Shown piece after piece: positions 28,657-41,330 of a DNA stretch of 64,000 nucleotides. Origin of the DNA: Octopus bimaculoides. Taxonomy: Eukaryota. The position numbers and the translations under genes were made by a program. The notes beneath the pieces were generated by a model, which had not been told where the DNA came from, searched no databases, and saw only the letters and a list, made by a program, of their open reading frames with translations. The stretch covers positions 35,165,027 to 35,229,026 of the forward strand of contig NC_068984.1 in the NCBI RefSeq assembly GCF_001194135.2, in the 5' to 3' direction. Position 1 is the stretch's first letter, and each line of letters opens with the position of its first letter.

Positions 28657-29293
28657 GTGAGCATGTTTAATTGTAGAAACGGTAACAACATAAATTGCCC
28701 TACCACATTCTTATACGTATGAAGATGGATATTTGAATGATCGCTAGCAGCTGAAATCGTGTATCGAGTCAACAGCAAAAGAATTTAAAACGTGATTTTA
28801 TTTTTGTTTAAACTCTTTAGGAAAACCGAGATTTGCTACTGGACATTCGAAATATAACTTTGAGATAACATGTTTGCCTTTCCGTTAGTAGAAACTTTGC
28901 TTAAATATCTGCTTCCATGCATGGCAATATTAGGAAAACGTTTATACATCATTGTTGTCAATTTGTGTGAAGACATAGCGAGATATGTTTGTATTAATCA
29001 AAGCATGTTGCTATGCAATTTTCGTAAGGCGCACCCTCAATGAAATACTCATAAATTGAAGTTTAAAATTTAGCAGGGTCTTGTTTTATCCATTTACCGA
29101 TACTATCTGTAATTCATTGCAGTTTGTATTTACACATTTGCCTTTTTATTTTTCTCTTTCTTTTTGGATTAAACCATATTTATAATTGAAAATCTCATTT
29201 TGAGAGTTTTCCAGAATAAGCTCATTTTACAGATGGCATTTTTCTTTCTTGTTCTTTTCCTGAAATCCTTCACATTGTTCTTAATATCTGCAG

Positions 29294-29326
29294 TACATTG
29301 TAGCATTTGGAAGTGGATGGATTCCG
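29294..29326 (+). CDS. Candidate 33-nt symmetric phase-1 micro-exon (LHCSIWKWMDS)
   Basis: Acceptor ttgttcttaatatctgcag|, donor CCG|gtgaat; length is a multiple of 3. Confidence 0.35.
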
Positions 29327-29538
29327 GTGAATAGTTAAAGATTCTTTCAGTTAATAGGATCCAATTACATGAGGAGTTTTACGTTTCGTTGAAAGCTTTA
29401 TTATTTTATACAAGCAAATAGTTTTTCTTTCCTATATAAAGTCATATACGATTAGTTATTCATATCTGTATTTACATATGCAACCAGTCAAATGTTTCCT
29501 TTAGCTTTCGTTATCTGAATATTATTTCATTGTTTCAG

Positions 29539-29585
29539 ACCTCTACTATGATGGTCTTCTTTGCAATTTCGAAACTAGAAACTGA
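29539..29585 (+). CDS. Candidate terminal coding exon (DLYYDGLLCNFETRN-stop)
   Basis: Acceptor attatttcattgtttcag|, TGA at 29583-29585, AATAAA at 29597-29602, then T-rich sequence. Confidence 0.3.
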
Positions 29586-30827
29586 AAATTTAGTTTAATA
29601 AACATGTATTTTGGTACTATATTTTAAATACCAAGTGCTCTCATTTACTTTCTTATTTACGCTGAAGACTCTCCAGTCTAATGTTTATATCTCGACAAGG
29701 ATGTGTTGTTTAAAATTTTAAAGTCGGTGATATATATTGTTAGTATGACATTGAAAAGCCTTGCGGGTCGGAAAAATCATTAACGCTTTGGACATAATAA
29801 CTAGAGAGATTATAGTTACTACGCTTAATCTTTTACCTTCAAACATTGGATTTCATTGTTCTGGAGTTGATAAAATGGTGTACCATTTAAATACTGAATT
29901 CAAATATGACCAGCATAGGCCCCTTCAAAATGTGTGGTCTTCCTTCAACGTTAGAAATTAGTTTTAGGTCGATTGCTAGCATGATTAAAGTATCGACATA
30001 AAAGCTACGTTTAATCTATATTTCCGATATTATTAAAACTCATTTATCCTGGGTGTTAAAGAATAGTATGTACTCATAACATACAACAGCAAGATATGAG
30101 GCCGTGGAAACATACCTGCTCATACACGTATGATTAATGAATTAGGCGTTATTGCCGATATTTTTCCGGCAGTGAATTACATAGCAATGAGAAGTAATAA
30201 AATTTACATATAATGGTATATATTTAAAGGATTCTATTCGGAAACCACACTGTATAATGCTTTTGATTATTTCGTGATTGTAGAAATAAATAGTGAATTT
30301 TAGAAGAATCTTAGAAGAGGAGTTTCATATGTAGACCACTTTCACATTCTTATTTTCAATGTAAATATATTACAAAAAGAGGGACACATGATAGCAAAAT
30401 GTGGGAGAATTGGTAAACACATGTTACTGTAGATGTGAAAATTTTTCGACATCACATCGAGAAACAGAACTTGAAAGAAAATCACATAATTAGAAATTGA
30501 GATGATAAATATAAATTATTTGAGCACGGGAGGAGTAAGCTCCTTTAATGATTAGTCACGGTATTGTATTGTTAATTTCACCAAAACAAGTTTGAAAGTC
30601 AGAAAGAATTTCCAAACAATGCAATCACCAAAACGAAAATAGTAAAGGATTTAGGATGCATTATTAAATAGATTAATTGAAATGAGTCTTAAATAACTAA
30701 TCTTATTCACAAAACTATATTTTGCTGTCTACCGATCAGAAAAAAAAAACAAAAACAAATACACACTAACTAGTATTCAAATGTTCGTATGGTGCTATCA
30801 TTATAACACACACACACACACACACAC

Positions 30828-30876
<49 letters not shown>

Positions 30877-31989
30877 ATTAAAGAAAGTAGGCATTAAATG
30901 GCAGTTTCAGGAACAATGACTGCAAACCTCGACCCACCAAGTGATCACAGTTTCCAGTATTTCTTATTATCTCCACTCAAGAATACTATTTCAAAGAGAA
31001 GTAACACTGACTCCTTTAATGGCAATATAAATGTTTAATAGGTGTCCGGAAGCGAAACCGTCCAGAGTGATCTACTGGAAAGACATACTTTATATGCAAG
31101 TAATCGTTTGCTTTGACAAGGCACTAGACCAATTTTCACAGTGGAGTATGTTTTATTTAAATGAATTTGTATTATGTCAAACCTCTTGCGAAGGAAGATA
31201 AATTGCAGCGTGGTCCAGCTTAAAATCGGCAAATAAAATATAAAAAATTGCAAATTCATTGGTCGAGGATATGTCTTTACGTAATATTATCTAGCAATAC
31301 GTTAATCCCGGTTCACACCTTCCACAGGAAGGAGATATTTAATTTATGAATGCTTGCTAAACACATCACAATAAATATGCACCAAAGTCATGAATAAGAT
31401 TATCTTGAAAAGTTTAAAATAACCTAATAAATATAAATGAATAACGAATTTGTATTTTGAGCAAAGCTTTTTTTCCTACGTCGTTATGTGTAACGAAATA
31501 AAAAAGAACAGGAATACATAGACTCGACTGTAATATACACCACGAAAACCACTTCAAATGTTGTTTTTCTGGCACTACTGAGAGGTTTTAGTGAGATTAT
31601 TTGCAGATAGCTGTTTTAAAATTTTAAAATGTCTTTAAAATACCTTAGGGAAATAGAAATATTTGTCTGATTCTTAGTGAGATAAAAGAGAATCCAAATA
31701 CACACAATTACGCACTGCTGCATAAAATCTGTGTGTGTATGTGTGTGAGGGCATGTGTACCTGTATGCGTGTGTGGTGGTTGGATATTTATTGGCCTCCA
31801 AATAAAGAAAATAGTGGGTTTCGCTTTCACAGGATTAACACACCGTGACACGAACTGAACAATAGTGGTATAATATCTAGAAGCAATCTTGAATTCGTTT
31901 CAAATTTGTCACTCTTGTTCTAATATCTAGAGCTGGACGTGTTCTACCCGCCCAATACATGCATATTCATTTACATATGCACACAGAGA

Positions 31990-32059
31990 TACAGGCACAT
32001 ACACATGTATACACACACACATATACACATACACACACACATATACACACACACGCACA

Positions 32060-32148
<89 letters not shown>

Positions 32149-32220
32149 ACATGTATACATGCATACGTACATACATATATACGTGTATATATATGTACAC
32201 ATACATACACGGACATACCG
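31990..32220. repeat. Compound (CA)n/(TA)n microsatellite
   Basis: Direct reading. Confidence 0.9.
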
Positions 32221-34659
32221 ATGAATACACAGATAGAAGACACTAATAGTTTCACAGATTAGATACACACATATGTATTTAAATTCATAAAGCTATAATA
32301 TTGTTCTATTACTGCACCTATATGTAAGGTTACAATCAGGGAAAGAAAGCGATAATGAATAATTGAAATATAGTAACATCGTAATATTTATATATTTCTC
32401 ATACCTTTTTTTAACATCAAAATCTCAGCGGGGTACCTTTTACACTTCGTTCAGTAGGACAGTTGGTTCAAACCCAGCCATACACATCCACGTCTTAAAT
32501 GAGATTTAAAATGCAGCAGTGTGTAAATAGTTTTTTTACAACTTTACCAATGTGGCATACCCTAGCAGAATAATGATATCGATAATGTCTTGAATTTCTT
32601 TCCATACTTAGAATTGTTTACGTCTTGACGTAAAGATGAAAATAAGTGATAATAAATCTCAATTTAGCAGAGGTGACAAGAGTAAGAGCTAAGAAATATT
32701 TTCAAAGATATTCTCTCGTAAGAGTACACATTAAAAACTACCTGTTTGATTTTACACTATCCCAAGAGACACACTTCGCATAAAAAAGAATGTATTTCAC
32801 GTCTACTGAAACATAAGTAATGCTATAGTTTGCCGAAAAACAGTGAAATTTATAAATTCTACTTGTTATATATGGATAGAATTATAAATTAACTGAAAAC
32901 AAATATACTTATGTAGAGGAACATTTGTTCTTGTATAGGAAAATAGATATATCCACATAATAGTTTATATGCGTAAATGTTCATACAGGCACCCCTATTG
33001 ACATAGGTACACTCATATACATGCATACACGTACAAACACACAAAGACATACACATAGATACATACAAAGGCGCACGCACACAATACACAACCATACACG
33101 TATATATATTTTGTTTTGTAAACCTGATCTACGATAGACATATTTTTATGAAGTATACGCATGCTGGTCACAGACATATACGCTCACATACAACTTTGTG
33201 CTTTAGTGCACGTATGTGTTTATATATATAAATAATACACGCATATGTAATAATACATATATACGTACTATATCTTTTACAAGGGCATGGTTGAGAGTTT
33301 TAAGTGTAAAGTTATGTAGCATATATCAGACTGTAAACCATTATGGACTTTCCAGTTCATTTCTAATTGTTTGGGCTTTATAGATGTAGAACCCATGTAG
33401 ATTAATATTTGTAGATAAAATTGATAAGTAACAGAATAAGAAAGACGATGGAGAGGCAATTGGGAGGAAGAAAAAAGAAAGCAAATATTTACAAGTAGTG
33501 GTAGAAACGCAGGGTTGCCATAGACAGCTGAAAAATCATTATGTCTAAGGAATACATTCGGAACATCGTTTATTCGTACACGCGACATGTATATTAACCG
33601 TATAACGATAGGTTATTGGAAATAAGCATGCATGTATTAAGAAAGAAACATAAATATGCACGCATCTATACATATATATATACATGATTGAATATTGATA
33701 TATTCAGGGGTGTATCCATGCATAAAGATACGCATATAAACACACTGGACCTGTTGTTTTATATACGTTTATTATTTCGTTTTGCAAGATTCCTGATGTA
33801 TAGTTGTGTATTGAAACAGAAATCGTTGTATAACGGAATGGTCATTTGTTTTACTAAATAAACACACGCACTATCTATTTTTTTTTCTTCACTCGTTCAT
33901 TACTGTTCTTATTTTACTACTTTCACTCATGCCCATTGTCCGGAAATCTTTCGTCACGCATCTGTGATCTTTTCAGCGACACTTTTTTTTTGTTTTCGCG
34001 TGTGTTCTTTCTCTACTTCATTCTGTTCTCCTCAGATGTGTATCCTTATGTGCGCACGCTTTTGTGTTCTTGTTTCTATGTGTGCATGTGTGTATATATG
34101 TGTGTCAGAGTTTTTAGCAGCAGTGTGGCCTTCTCCTCAGACCCATCCGCTCACCCCATTGTGCAGCAGCTGTCTTAAGACCCCAGAATACTATGGTACA
34201 GTTCCTGTAGTCCTCTGTGTACATGTGTTTGCCCACAGTACATGTGTACATGTATTCGTGGTAGTTGTTGTTGTTATTGCTATTTTTTTTATTAATGCGG
34301 CTGCTGTCGTTGTTAATTATGGTGTTGGAATTGTTATAGCCGTCCATGAAATTCCGTGTCTATGTGTTTGTGTGTGTGTAAGTTTTCGCCTTGTATGCTG
34401 TATGTATCCATGCTATTTATACATTTTCATTTATTTATTTTATCTATCTCTATGTCTTATATTTATCAATGGCATGTGACAAATATATTTATATATTTAC
34501 TTATTGATATATATATATATATATATCATAAATATCACAAGTGCATATATGTCTATATTGCGTGTATTACGCTGTATGTTTTTGTATATTATTTATGATC
34601 ATTTGCCCACTCTCTACTCATCCCTACTGTCTTTAGTCATGTGATGTGGTGGTGGGTGT

Positions 34660-35200
34660 TACTGGTATATTCCTGCTTTCTATTGAGGCGCGGTCTATCT
34701 ACTGTTATGTGTGTAGCCTCTGTGAACTATCTAAGTGTCGTTTCAGTTCTATGTGTCGATAGTATATTAATCCCTATGCTATTAATCGTGCCTCCATGTT
34801 CTGTCTGAGCATGTTCGTAGAACACTGACTAGCTATTCCCTTCTTTGAGCTCTCACCAATGTCATCTATACGCTCTCCTGTGATGCGTGCAGTCTCTCCA
34901 ATGTAGGTAGTTGTCATGTTTCTGCACCGCCTCTCGTAAGCTTTTTATTGTCATACCAAGGTATTTTGTTGTCATACCCAGTCCTTATTTATCTTATTAC
35001 TAGTCCATTCTCTGTTGTTCCTGTACAGCGGGCAGATCCTTTTAGCATCACTCTCTATGATGTCTTTGTACTTAGTCAATGTTTTTACTATGCTGCTGAT
35101 AAAGCTTCCCCATATCTTCCCACATATCTTTTCTTTTTCGATATGCTTCTTTTTCTAAATTCCTATCGTTGAGTCCAGCATCCAAGGTGGTTGTGGTATA
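34660..35200 (-). mobile_element. Decayed Penelope-like element, 3' part (late RT region plus GIY-YIG endonuclease)
   Basis: Minus-strand frames read EKEAYRKRKDM...CPLYRNNREW...KIPWY, then TTYIGETARITGERIDD...SVFYEHAQTEHGG...EATHITVDRPRLNRKQEY, with stops and frameshifts. YIGET..R..H..E..I...LN is the PLE GIY-YIG signature. Confidence 0.75.
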
Positions 35201-35349
35201 CATTCTCTTGTAGTTTCTATAAGTTTGTGTGTCAAACATAGAGATAAGTGTTGATAAGTTCGATGATATCCCTTTCAGAATTCTGTTGATTTCATTTGTT
35301 GCTTTCGAGAACATATAGACCCTAAAATAATTATTACGCAATAATAATG

Positions 35350-37030
35350 CTAGGCCAACTATTAACAAATAAAAAAAAATGTCTGCAGTTGAACACCTAC
35401 AAAACAATAACATAATAATCATTAAGCATGAAGATAAAGGAGGAGCAATTGTTATAATGAATGCAGAATACTACAAGGAATTCGTTTAGGACCAATCGAA
35501 GGACACAACATTCTACTGTAAAATACATTCAAATATAGACAACTATATCATGAAGAATGTTAATAATCAGGTTTTAATTTATTACAGCTCCCTTACTACT
35601 AATTAAAGAGACTACATCACTAATTTTCAATCGAAATTCAGCAACACGCAGTAAAGGAACAAGAAGATGACTACTTAAAACTACTACACCCGAAAGATCT
35701 AAGATTTAGACCTATCATACCTGGTGCAGCACGCCCAACACACAGTCTAAGCAATTTCAGTCACATTATTTGGAAGCCATTATGTATCTACATACCTAGT
35801 TGCATCCTGGATGACATTGACTTTCTGTCTCACCTTCCCAAAACAACGGAATCGAATTCACATTTAATTAGTCTTGATATAGTGATTCCCAGTAGATTCA
35901 CCGTGCTATTTAAATAAGATATAAGTTAAACTTATCCTTCAACATAACACATTCTTTTTCAATATAACGAATTACATTCAAAGTAGAGGTACAACGAGAG
36001 AAACGAGATTTTCTCCCGTTTATGCAAGTTCCGTAATGCGATACTTAGAAAATAAATTCTAATCTGGACAAAATTTCTAAACACCCAGGCAGAATGTAAT
36101 ATTTTGCAGAACAATCTGCACCCGACTCTCTAATTTACGAAGGAGATGAGTAGTACCAAGTTACCATTTCTAGATATAATGGTAATGAAAACTGACACCA
36201 CCATCACCAATAATTTATAGTATAAACACACAGACAGAACGCAATACAAAACACATACAAAACGCAATATCCCATACTGACTAGCCAGAAAAGTTTGTAC
36301 TATTACTATTGTAGAAGATGTGAATATCAGAGACAAACGCCTAACAGCGCTCAAAGAATTTCTACTCAAATAAATATACCCATCTCTACTTCTAGAAAAT
36401 GGTATACAGCGTGCTATAGAAATAAAATACCCACACAGCAATTTAGGGCAACGAAGAAAAAAGAGGTAACCATGAACAGATGATACCACTTATAGTGGCA
36501 CACAATCCGTTTTACCAAAATATCTTATGCGTTGCCAAACCACACCTGCTAATCATTGCTCAATGTAATGAATTAAAGGATATAATGACGGATCGGGTTA
36601 TGACTCTAATTAAAAGACAGCCGATGAACTTGAAACAATTATTAACAATGGGAAAGGTTGGCCTAAGCAACAAGGATGAATCATTTATTGAATCCAAATG
36701 TAAAGATAATCGATGTGGTACATATCAGTTCATACATACCAGTCAATATATGAGCACAAAAGCCGGAATAATATTTATAAATGGAAATATGAACTGCAAA
36801 AGCAGATGCCCGAATTGTGAAGAGATATACGTTGGTCAGACTTGGAATGCACTATCGGCACGTTCCCGTGTGCTTTGATGTCCGTCAGATACCTTTAAAT
36901 GACCATCTGACAACATGAGGTCAGAAATAATTTATAATATTCCTATTCTACAAACTACTTAACTGAGGTAAATTTGTGACAAAAGTCAGAGAAAAGAATT
37001 TTATTGATAAATTCAAACCAGGTTTAAATG
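35350..37030 (+). mobile_element. Decayed Penelope-like element (RT plus GIY-YIG)
   Basis: Motifs in order: IIIKHEDKGGAIVIM (~35415), RPIIPGAARPTHSLSNF...KPL (~35708), RGTTRETRFSPVYA (~35984), LPFLDIMV (~36161), IPLIVAHNP and RQPMNLKQLL, CPNCEEIYVGQT (~36806), KFKPGLN (~37010). There are multiple stops, and the YxDD segment appears deleted. Confidence 0.9.
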
Positions 37031-37455
37031 GCTAGATATAGTAACGGTGATAATTAGAATGATGATGGTGATAATGAGAAGTACTACTGCTATTACTACA
37101 GTGACCACCACCAACACTAGCAACAGTAATAATAAAGGTAACATTGAATATGTTAGTAGTGTTCACCATATGAACATTGACTAGATTGAAATGTAAAAAT
37201 TTTTGGAATAGTAACAAAAGATTTCAATGAAAACAAGAATGTTGTTATACCATTCCAAAATATGGCCAAACAGTTATTCCTTTAGATGCGGTCAAAGAAG
37301 AAAATTTTAGATGTGCTCACCAAAACGTGACGTCTAAGCAACATACTAATTAGTGAAAAAACGGCTAGAACTTGACGCGCACACCAAAAAGTGAGATCTA
37401 AGCAACATAATGCTTGGTGAGAATGCTTCGTAAGATTCAGCAGATTGAATCTTAC

Positions 37456-37510
37456 GAAGATATTCAAAGGATCGGAAGATATTCAAAGGATCGGAAGATA
37501 TTCAAAGGAT
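37456..37510. repeat. 19-bp minisatellite x3
   Basis: gaagatattcaaaggatcg repeated about 2.9 times. Confidence 0.9.
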
Positions 37511-37654
37511 AAATGTAACAATTTCACGACAGTTGTCAATCGTGGAGCATGACTGTCACTGCATAAACCTGGTTTATTTCACTAATGTAACAGTGTAAAA
37601 ATTGCAAAAAATAAAACATAAAAACCAGATTCTATATTTATGAGATGAGGAATT

Positions 37655-37810
37655 ATGTACATTATTTACGTTATTTACATTTGACGGATATTTGTCCTCA
37701 TATTGTTTCTTGTTAACACAACGTTTCGGCTGATTTACCCTCCAGCCTTCATCGGGTGTCTTGAGGAAATTTCGAACCTGGGTTCTCATTCCTAAGTTAT
37801 ATTTCGATGT
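37655..37810 (-). mobile_element. PLE-type terminal repeat (pLTR-like) fragment carrying a hammerhead motif
   Basis: Minus strand gacacccgatgaaggctggagggtaaatcagccgaaacgttgtgtt has the TGATGA..stem..GAAAC layout typical of Penelope termini. Confidence 0.6.
37716..37759 (-). ncRNA. Minimal (dimer-type) hammerhead ribozyme motif with a U4-to-C variant
   Basis: ACAC-CCGATGA-A-GGCTG(gagggtaaat)CAGCC-GAA-ACGT-T-GTGT: stem I ACAC/GTGT, 5-bp stem II, palindromic ACGT stem III. Confidence 0.6.
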
Positions 37811-37962
37811 TATTGTTGGTGTTGTTGTTATTATTAATATTATTATCATCATTATTATTATTATTTTGTCTTTCTTCTTCTTTTGTGTTGTTGTTGTTGT
37901 TGTTGTTATTATTATTATTATTATTATTATTTTGTTTTTTTTCTTTTGTTGTTGTTGTTGTT

Positions 37963-38016
<54 letters not shown>

Positions 38017-38020
38017 TTTA
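37805..38020. repeat. Compound (TTA)n/(TTG)n microsatellite
   Basis: Direct reading. Confidence 0.9.
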
Positions 38021-38196
38021 TTCAAATTACGATGAACGTAAACAAACAAACGAAGTTTCTTTTTGGAAGCGTTGAGATGTCTTAGAAAGTTAAAGAAGTG
38101 ATTTTAAATTCTCAAACGCAGGATAATGCTAATAATATAGCCTGAACAACATAAGATACCCCTATTTTGCAGAAAAGTGTAGGCGGCCAGGTCACT

Positions 38197-38261
38197 GCCT
38201 GAAATTGAACTCGGAATTTTGGGGTTATTAGCCCACGCTCCTAACAACTACGCCATATGCC
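38197..38261 (-). mobile_element. tRNA-derived SINE head (not a functional tRNA)
   Basis: Minus strand has an A-box-like TGGCGTAGTTG and a B-box-like GAGTTCAATTTC at tRNA spacing; no clean acceptor stem. Confidence 0.55.
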
Positions 38262-38270
38262 CGTGGGTAT

Positions 38271-38540
38271 ATGACATTCCAAAGGCTGCAGCAGTCTGAA
38301 TGGGAAACGATGCCCCACGTACCATATCCGCCGGACATTGACCCTTCCAATTATGATTTATTCTGCATTCTTCAAAATCATTTCGTCGGAAAAATTATGA
38401 ATTCTGTAGACGAGATCAAAACGAAATTGAAGCGGTATTTTTCGTCACGGACAAGTGAATTTTGGAAGAGGGTCCTTGCAGGTCTACCATATAGATGGAA
38501 GAGCATTGTTGAAAATGAAAGACAGTATATTTTAGATTGA
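38271..38540 (+). mobile_element. Mariner transposase C-terminal fragment
   Basis: WETMPHVPYPPDIDPSNYDLFCILQNHF...LPYRWKSIVENERQYILD matches the mariner YSPDLAPSDYHLF motif and C-terminus; 5'-truncated. Confidence 0.9.
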
Positions 38541-39732
38541 AAAAAACTTTGTTTCTCTTAATTTTGAAAAATAAAAAAAGTACAAACTATATATTTTGTC
38601 TTCGTATGTACGTTTATATTCTCTTGATTTATAACAAAATATATCCGTATTATTTCAGTAGGTTCTTCTCCTCGTTTTCAAGTTTGAAAATATATAGAAA
38701 CATTAAACCTTTACACCATAAAATTGATAGATCAATCAATGCGGAAGTTGCGTACATTGCGTAATGCACTCCACTATAGTACGGAATATTCTTTCTCATT
38801 TGTGAAAAAAATTGTGAAGTTAAAATGTTAATAGTTACTCGTAATCGGCTTAATTGATTAGACATAAAACATTTGTTGACAATGAAAAACCTTTATTGCT
38901 TGTTAAATGTATAATCTTTATGGAGGGAAAACAAAAAATTCCTGCTTCAATCGCTTTAGGTTTCAAAAGTTCAAGTATCTATTTTATTCTAAAAGTCTAT
39001 AGTGGTTGTATCTAGAAAACGAAAATAATTTTGCTTGAAAATCCAAATGCTTCAGTTCGCAAATGAACAGGTCTCCAAAAGTTTGAAGCAATAATGGAAA
39101 CACACAAGTATTTAGACTATCCATATTAAATATTATTCAATACAATGTAGGGCAAAAGTTGAAATGAGAATTTTCAAATTCAGCCGAAAATAACATGTAG
39201 CTGTTTCGAAACAAGATCGACAATTTGCAAAGTTAAAAATCATAGTTTTAAACAACATAATTTTCATGTAATGAACCGAGACATGGACCGATCAGCATCG
39301 AGACGTCACGTGATGCAACTTTCCGGAATCACCTAGAACGTTCCTTTACAATGCTTATAACCAGGCGTATTTTTGGAGTGTCAAAGACAACTAGGCATAT
39401 TGGGCAGAGAGTGGCTGATTCATTTCACACATCTCACTACTTGCTTCGGTTTCTGGCTGGCCACAGCAAAGCTAACCCCATTCTCATTTTGCTTTTCCTT
39501 AGCAGTCGTTTTAATGACATTTTACTCAATCTTGTAGCACTATCGAATATTTTGCATTTACGAACTCAGCATGGTATGCTTTATTCCAGCTTGTTAGATT
39601 ATTTACAGAGCGTTTTTAATCAACAATTTCTAAGAGCTATATAATTGTCTTTTCCAGTGTGTAAGCTTTGTTCTCGCAGTTTCAAGTCACGACCAACATG
39701 TAAAATATTTGTGCAGGGATATAAGATTCTGT

Positions 39733-39900
39733 TACAGTAATCCCTCGCCATATCGCAGTTCATCTAAAACGGTTCATCTATCACAGTTTATAATTTAAGC
39801 TTACTCGATTCCTTCGTGGTGTTATTTTGCATTTATAATCTACTTCGCGGATTTTCACCTACCGCGCTGTGTTTTAGAACGTAACAACCATGATAGTCGA
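39733..39900 (+). mobile_element. Tigger/pogo-like DNA transposon end
   Basis: TA|CAGTAATCCCTCGCCATATCGC is a Tigger-type TIR start; no partner TIR found. Confidence 0.5.
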
Positions 39901-41134
39901 GTAATTGTTTACGAATGTAATTGTTTAGAAGTGCTGCTCATTCATTACACACAGAGAGGACTCCACTCAGCCAAGAACATTTCATAACTTGTTCCCTATG
40001 ACCATATGACAACTGTTAACTACACCTAGTGACAAACAACTCTAAATACAAAAACTAATCTTAACTGCATTATTTTTATTTTTCAAGGATTTTGATTGGC
40101 TGATATTAATGGAAGGTTGTTCCTTCCTTGTTTACAATTAATTTAGAATTTAAATATTTGTTAAGAAATTAATTGTCTTCAAGTGACAAGGACGATCTCA
40201 GTTAACTAATGTATTAAATACATGTATTATAAATGCAGGTCTCTAAATTATGTGCATTGAAGATGTAAAACCTTTTAGTATTATTATTTTCCGTTGGCTG
40301 ATATTTCTCACAGCTGGATCTTGCCTAACATAGTTCAACAACATCGAAATAAAGTAACTGTTGTATTTTGTTGAGAGATTATTATAAATATTGAAATTAC
40401 AATAAGATTGCTACTATGCTAATATACCGTGAGATATATTCATTCATTAATATATATATATATATATATATATTGGGTTTATATACATAGGGTTTCATTT
40501 TTACGAATATCTCTTCAATTACAACTGGTATAGCTTTCAAATAAAATCTCATCGGTTGAGTAAGACGGCGAAAAAATAGATTTAAACTCTTTATAAACAT
40601 TGAAAACAGTGCCCTAAAAAACAGATGGAATCTTATATAGGAAAGCGTATCCACTTATACACCACAATTTATCTCTTGACATACTATTATGAAATGGCAA
40701 TAAAATATTGTCTTAAGATTTTGTATCCTTTTCTATATTATAAAAGTATGTATTCCACATCATATCATTGGTGTTTTCCTACGATATACGAATCAATTGG
40801 ATATATACAGAAACTTTGTAAAAGCTAGTAGTATTTGAATAAAATGCTGCAGAACACAAAAGATAGTGAATAGTCTGTAACAACATCTTGTAACTGTTTA
40901 TCATCAGGAGGTTGGATACAAGTGTTAGTATATACAAAAGTTATTTTTTGTCTTGCGATAAGACTTATATTCGTGTCTGGTTTATTTTACATATTAGTAA
41001 AAAATGTTGTCGACAGACAGCAAATAGCTTGTAAGATAGAACCACCATCGCCTAATCGTGTTTCTAATACAGAAACATTTGCTTTCATGATGAGTGTTAT
41101 TTATGGTTTCAAAAGCGGCGAGCTGGCGAGATCT

Positions 41135-41330
41135 TTAGCAAGCCGAACGAAATGCTTAGCGGTATTTCGTCTGTCGCTACGTTCTGAGTTCAAATCCCAC
41201 CGAGGTCGACATTGCCTTTCATTCTTTCGGGGTCAATAAATTAAGTACCAGTTAAGGACTGGGGTCAATGAAATCGACTCTCCCCCTCCCCGTAATGTCA
41301 GGCCTTGTGCCTATAGTAGAAGGGATTTCA
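41135..41330 (+). mobile_element. SINE family A, best-preserved plus-strand copy
   Basis: gcggcgagctggc...gaaatgcttagcggtatttcgtc...gagttcaaatccc...gaggtcgac...ggccttgtgcctatagtagaaggg; reverse complement of the 15.4-16.1 kb copies. Confidence 0.9.

Noticed and set aside
36480-36878. 132-aa ORF as a host gene
   Set aside because: It is the linker and GIY-YIG part of the decayed Penelope-like element, with stops in the flanking RT.
38197-38261. Possible tRNA gene (also a B-box GGTTCAAACCC near 32465)
   Set aside because: There is no complete cloverleaf or acceptor stem; these are better explained as SINE heads.
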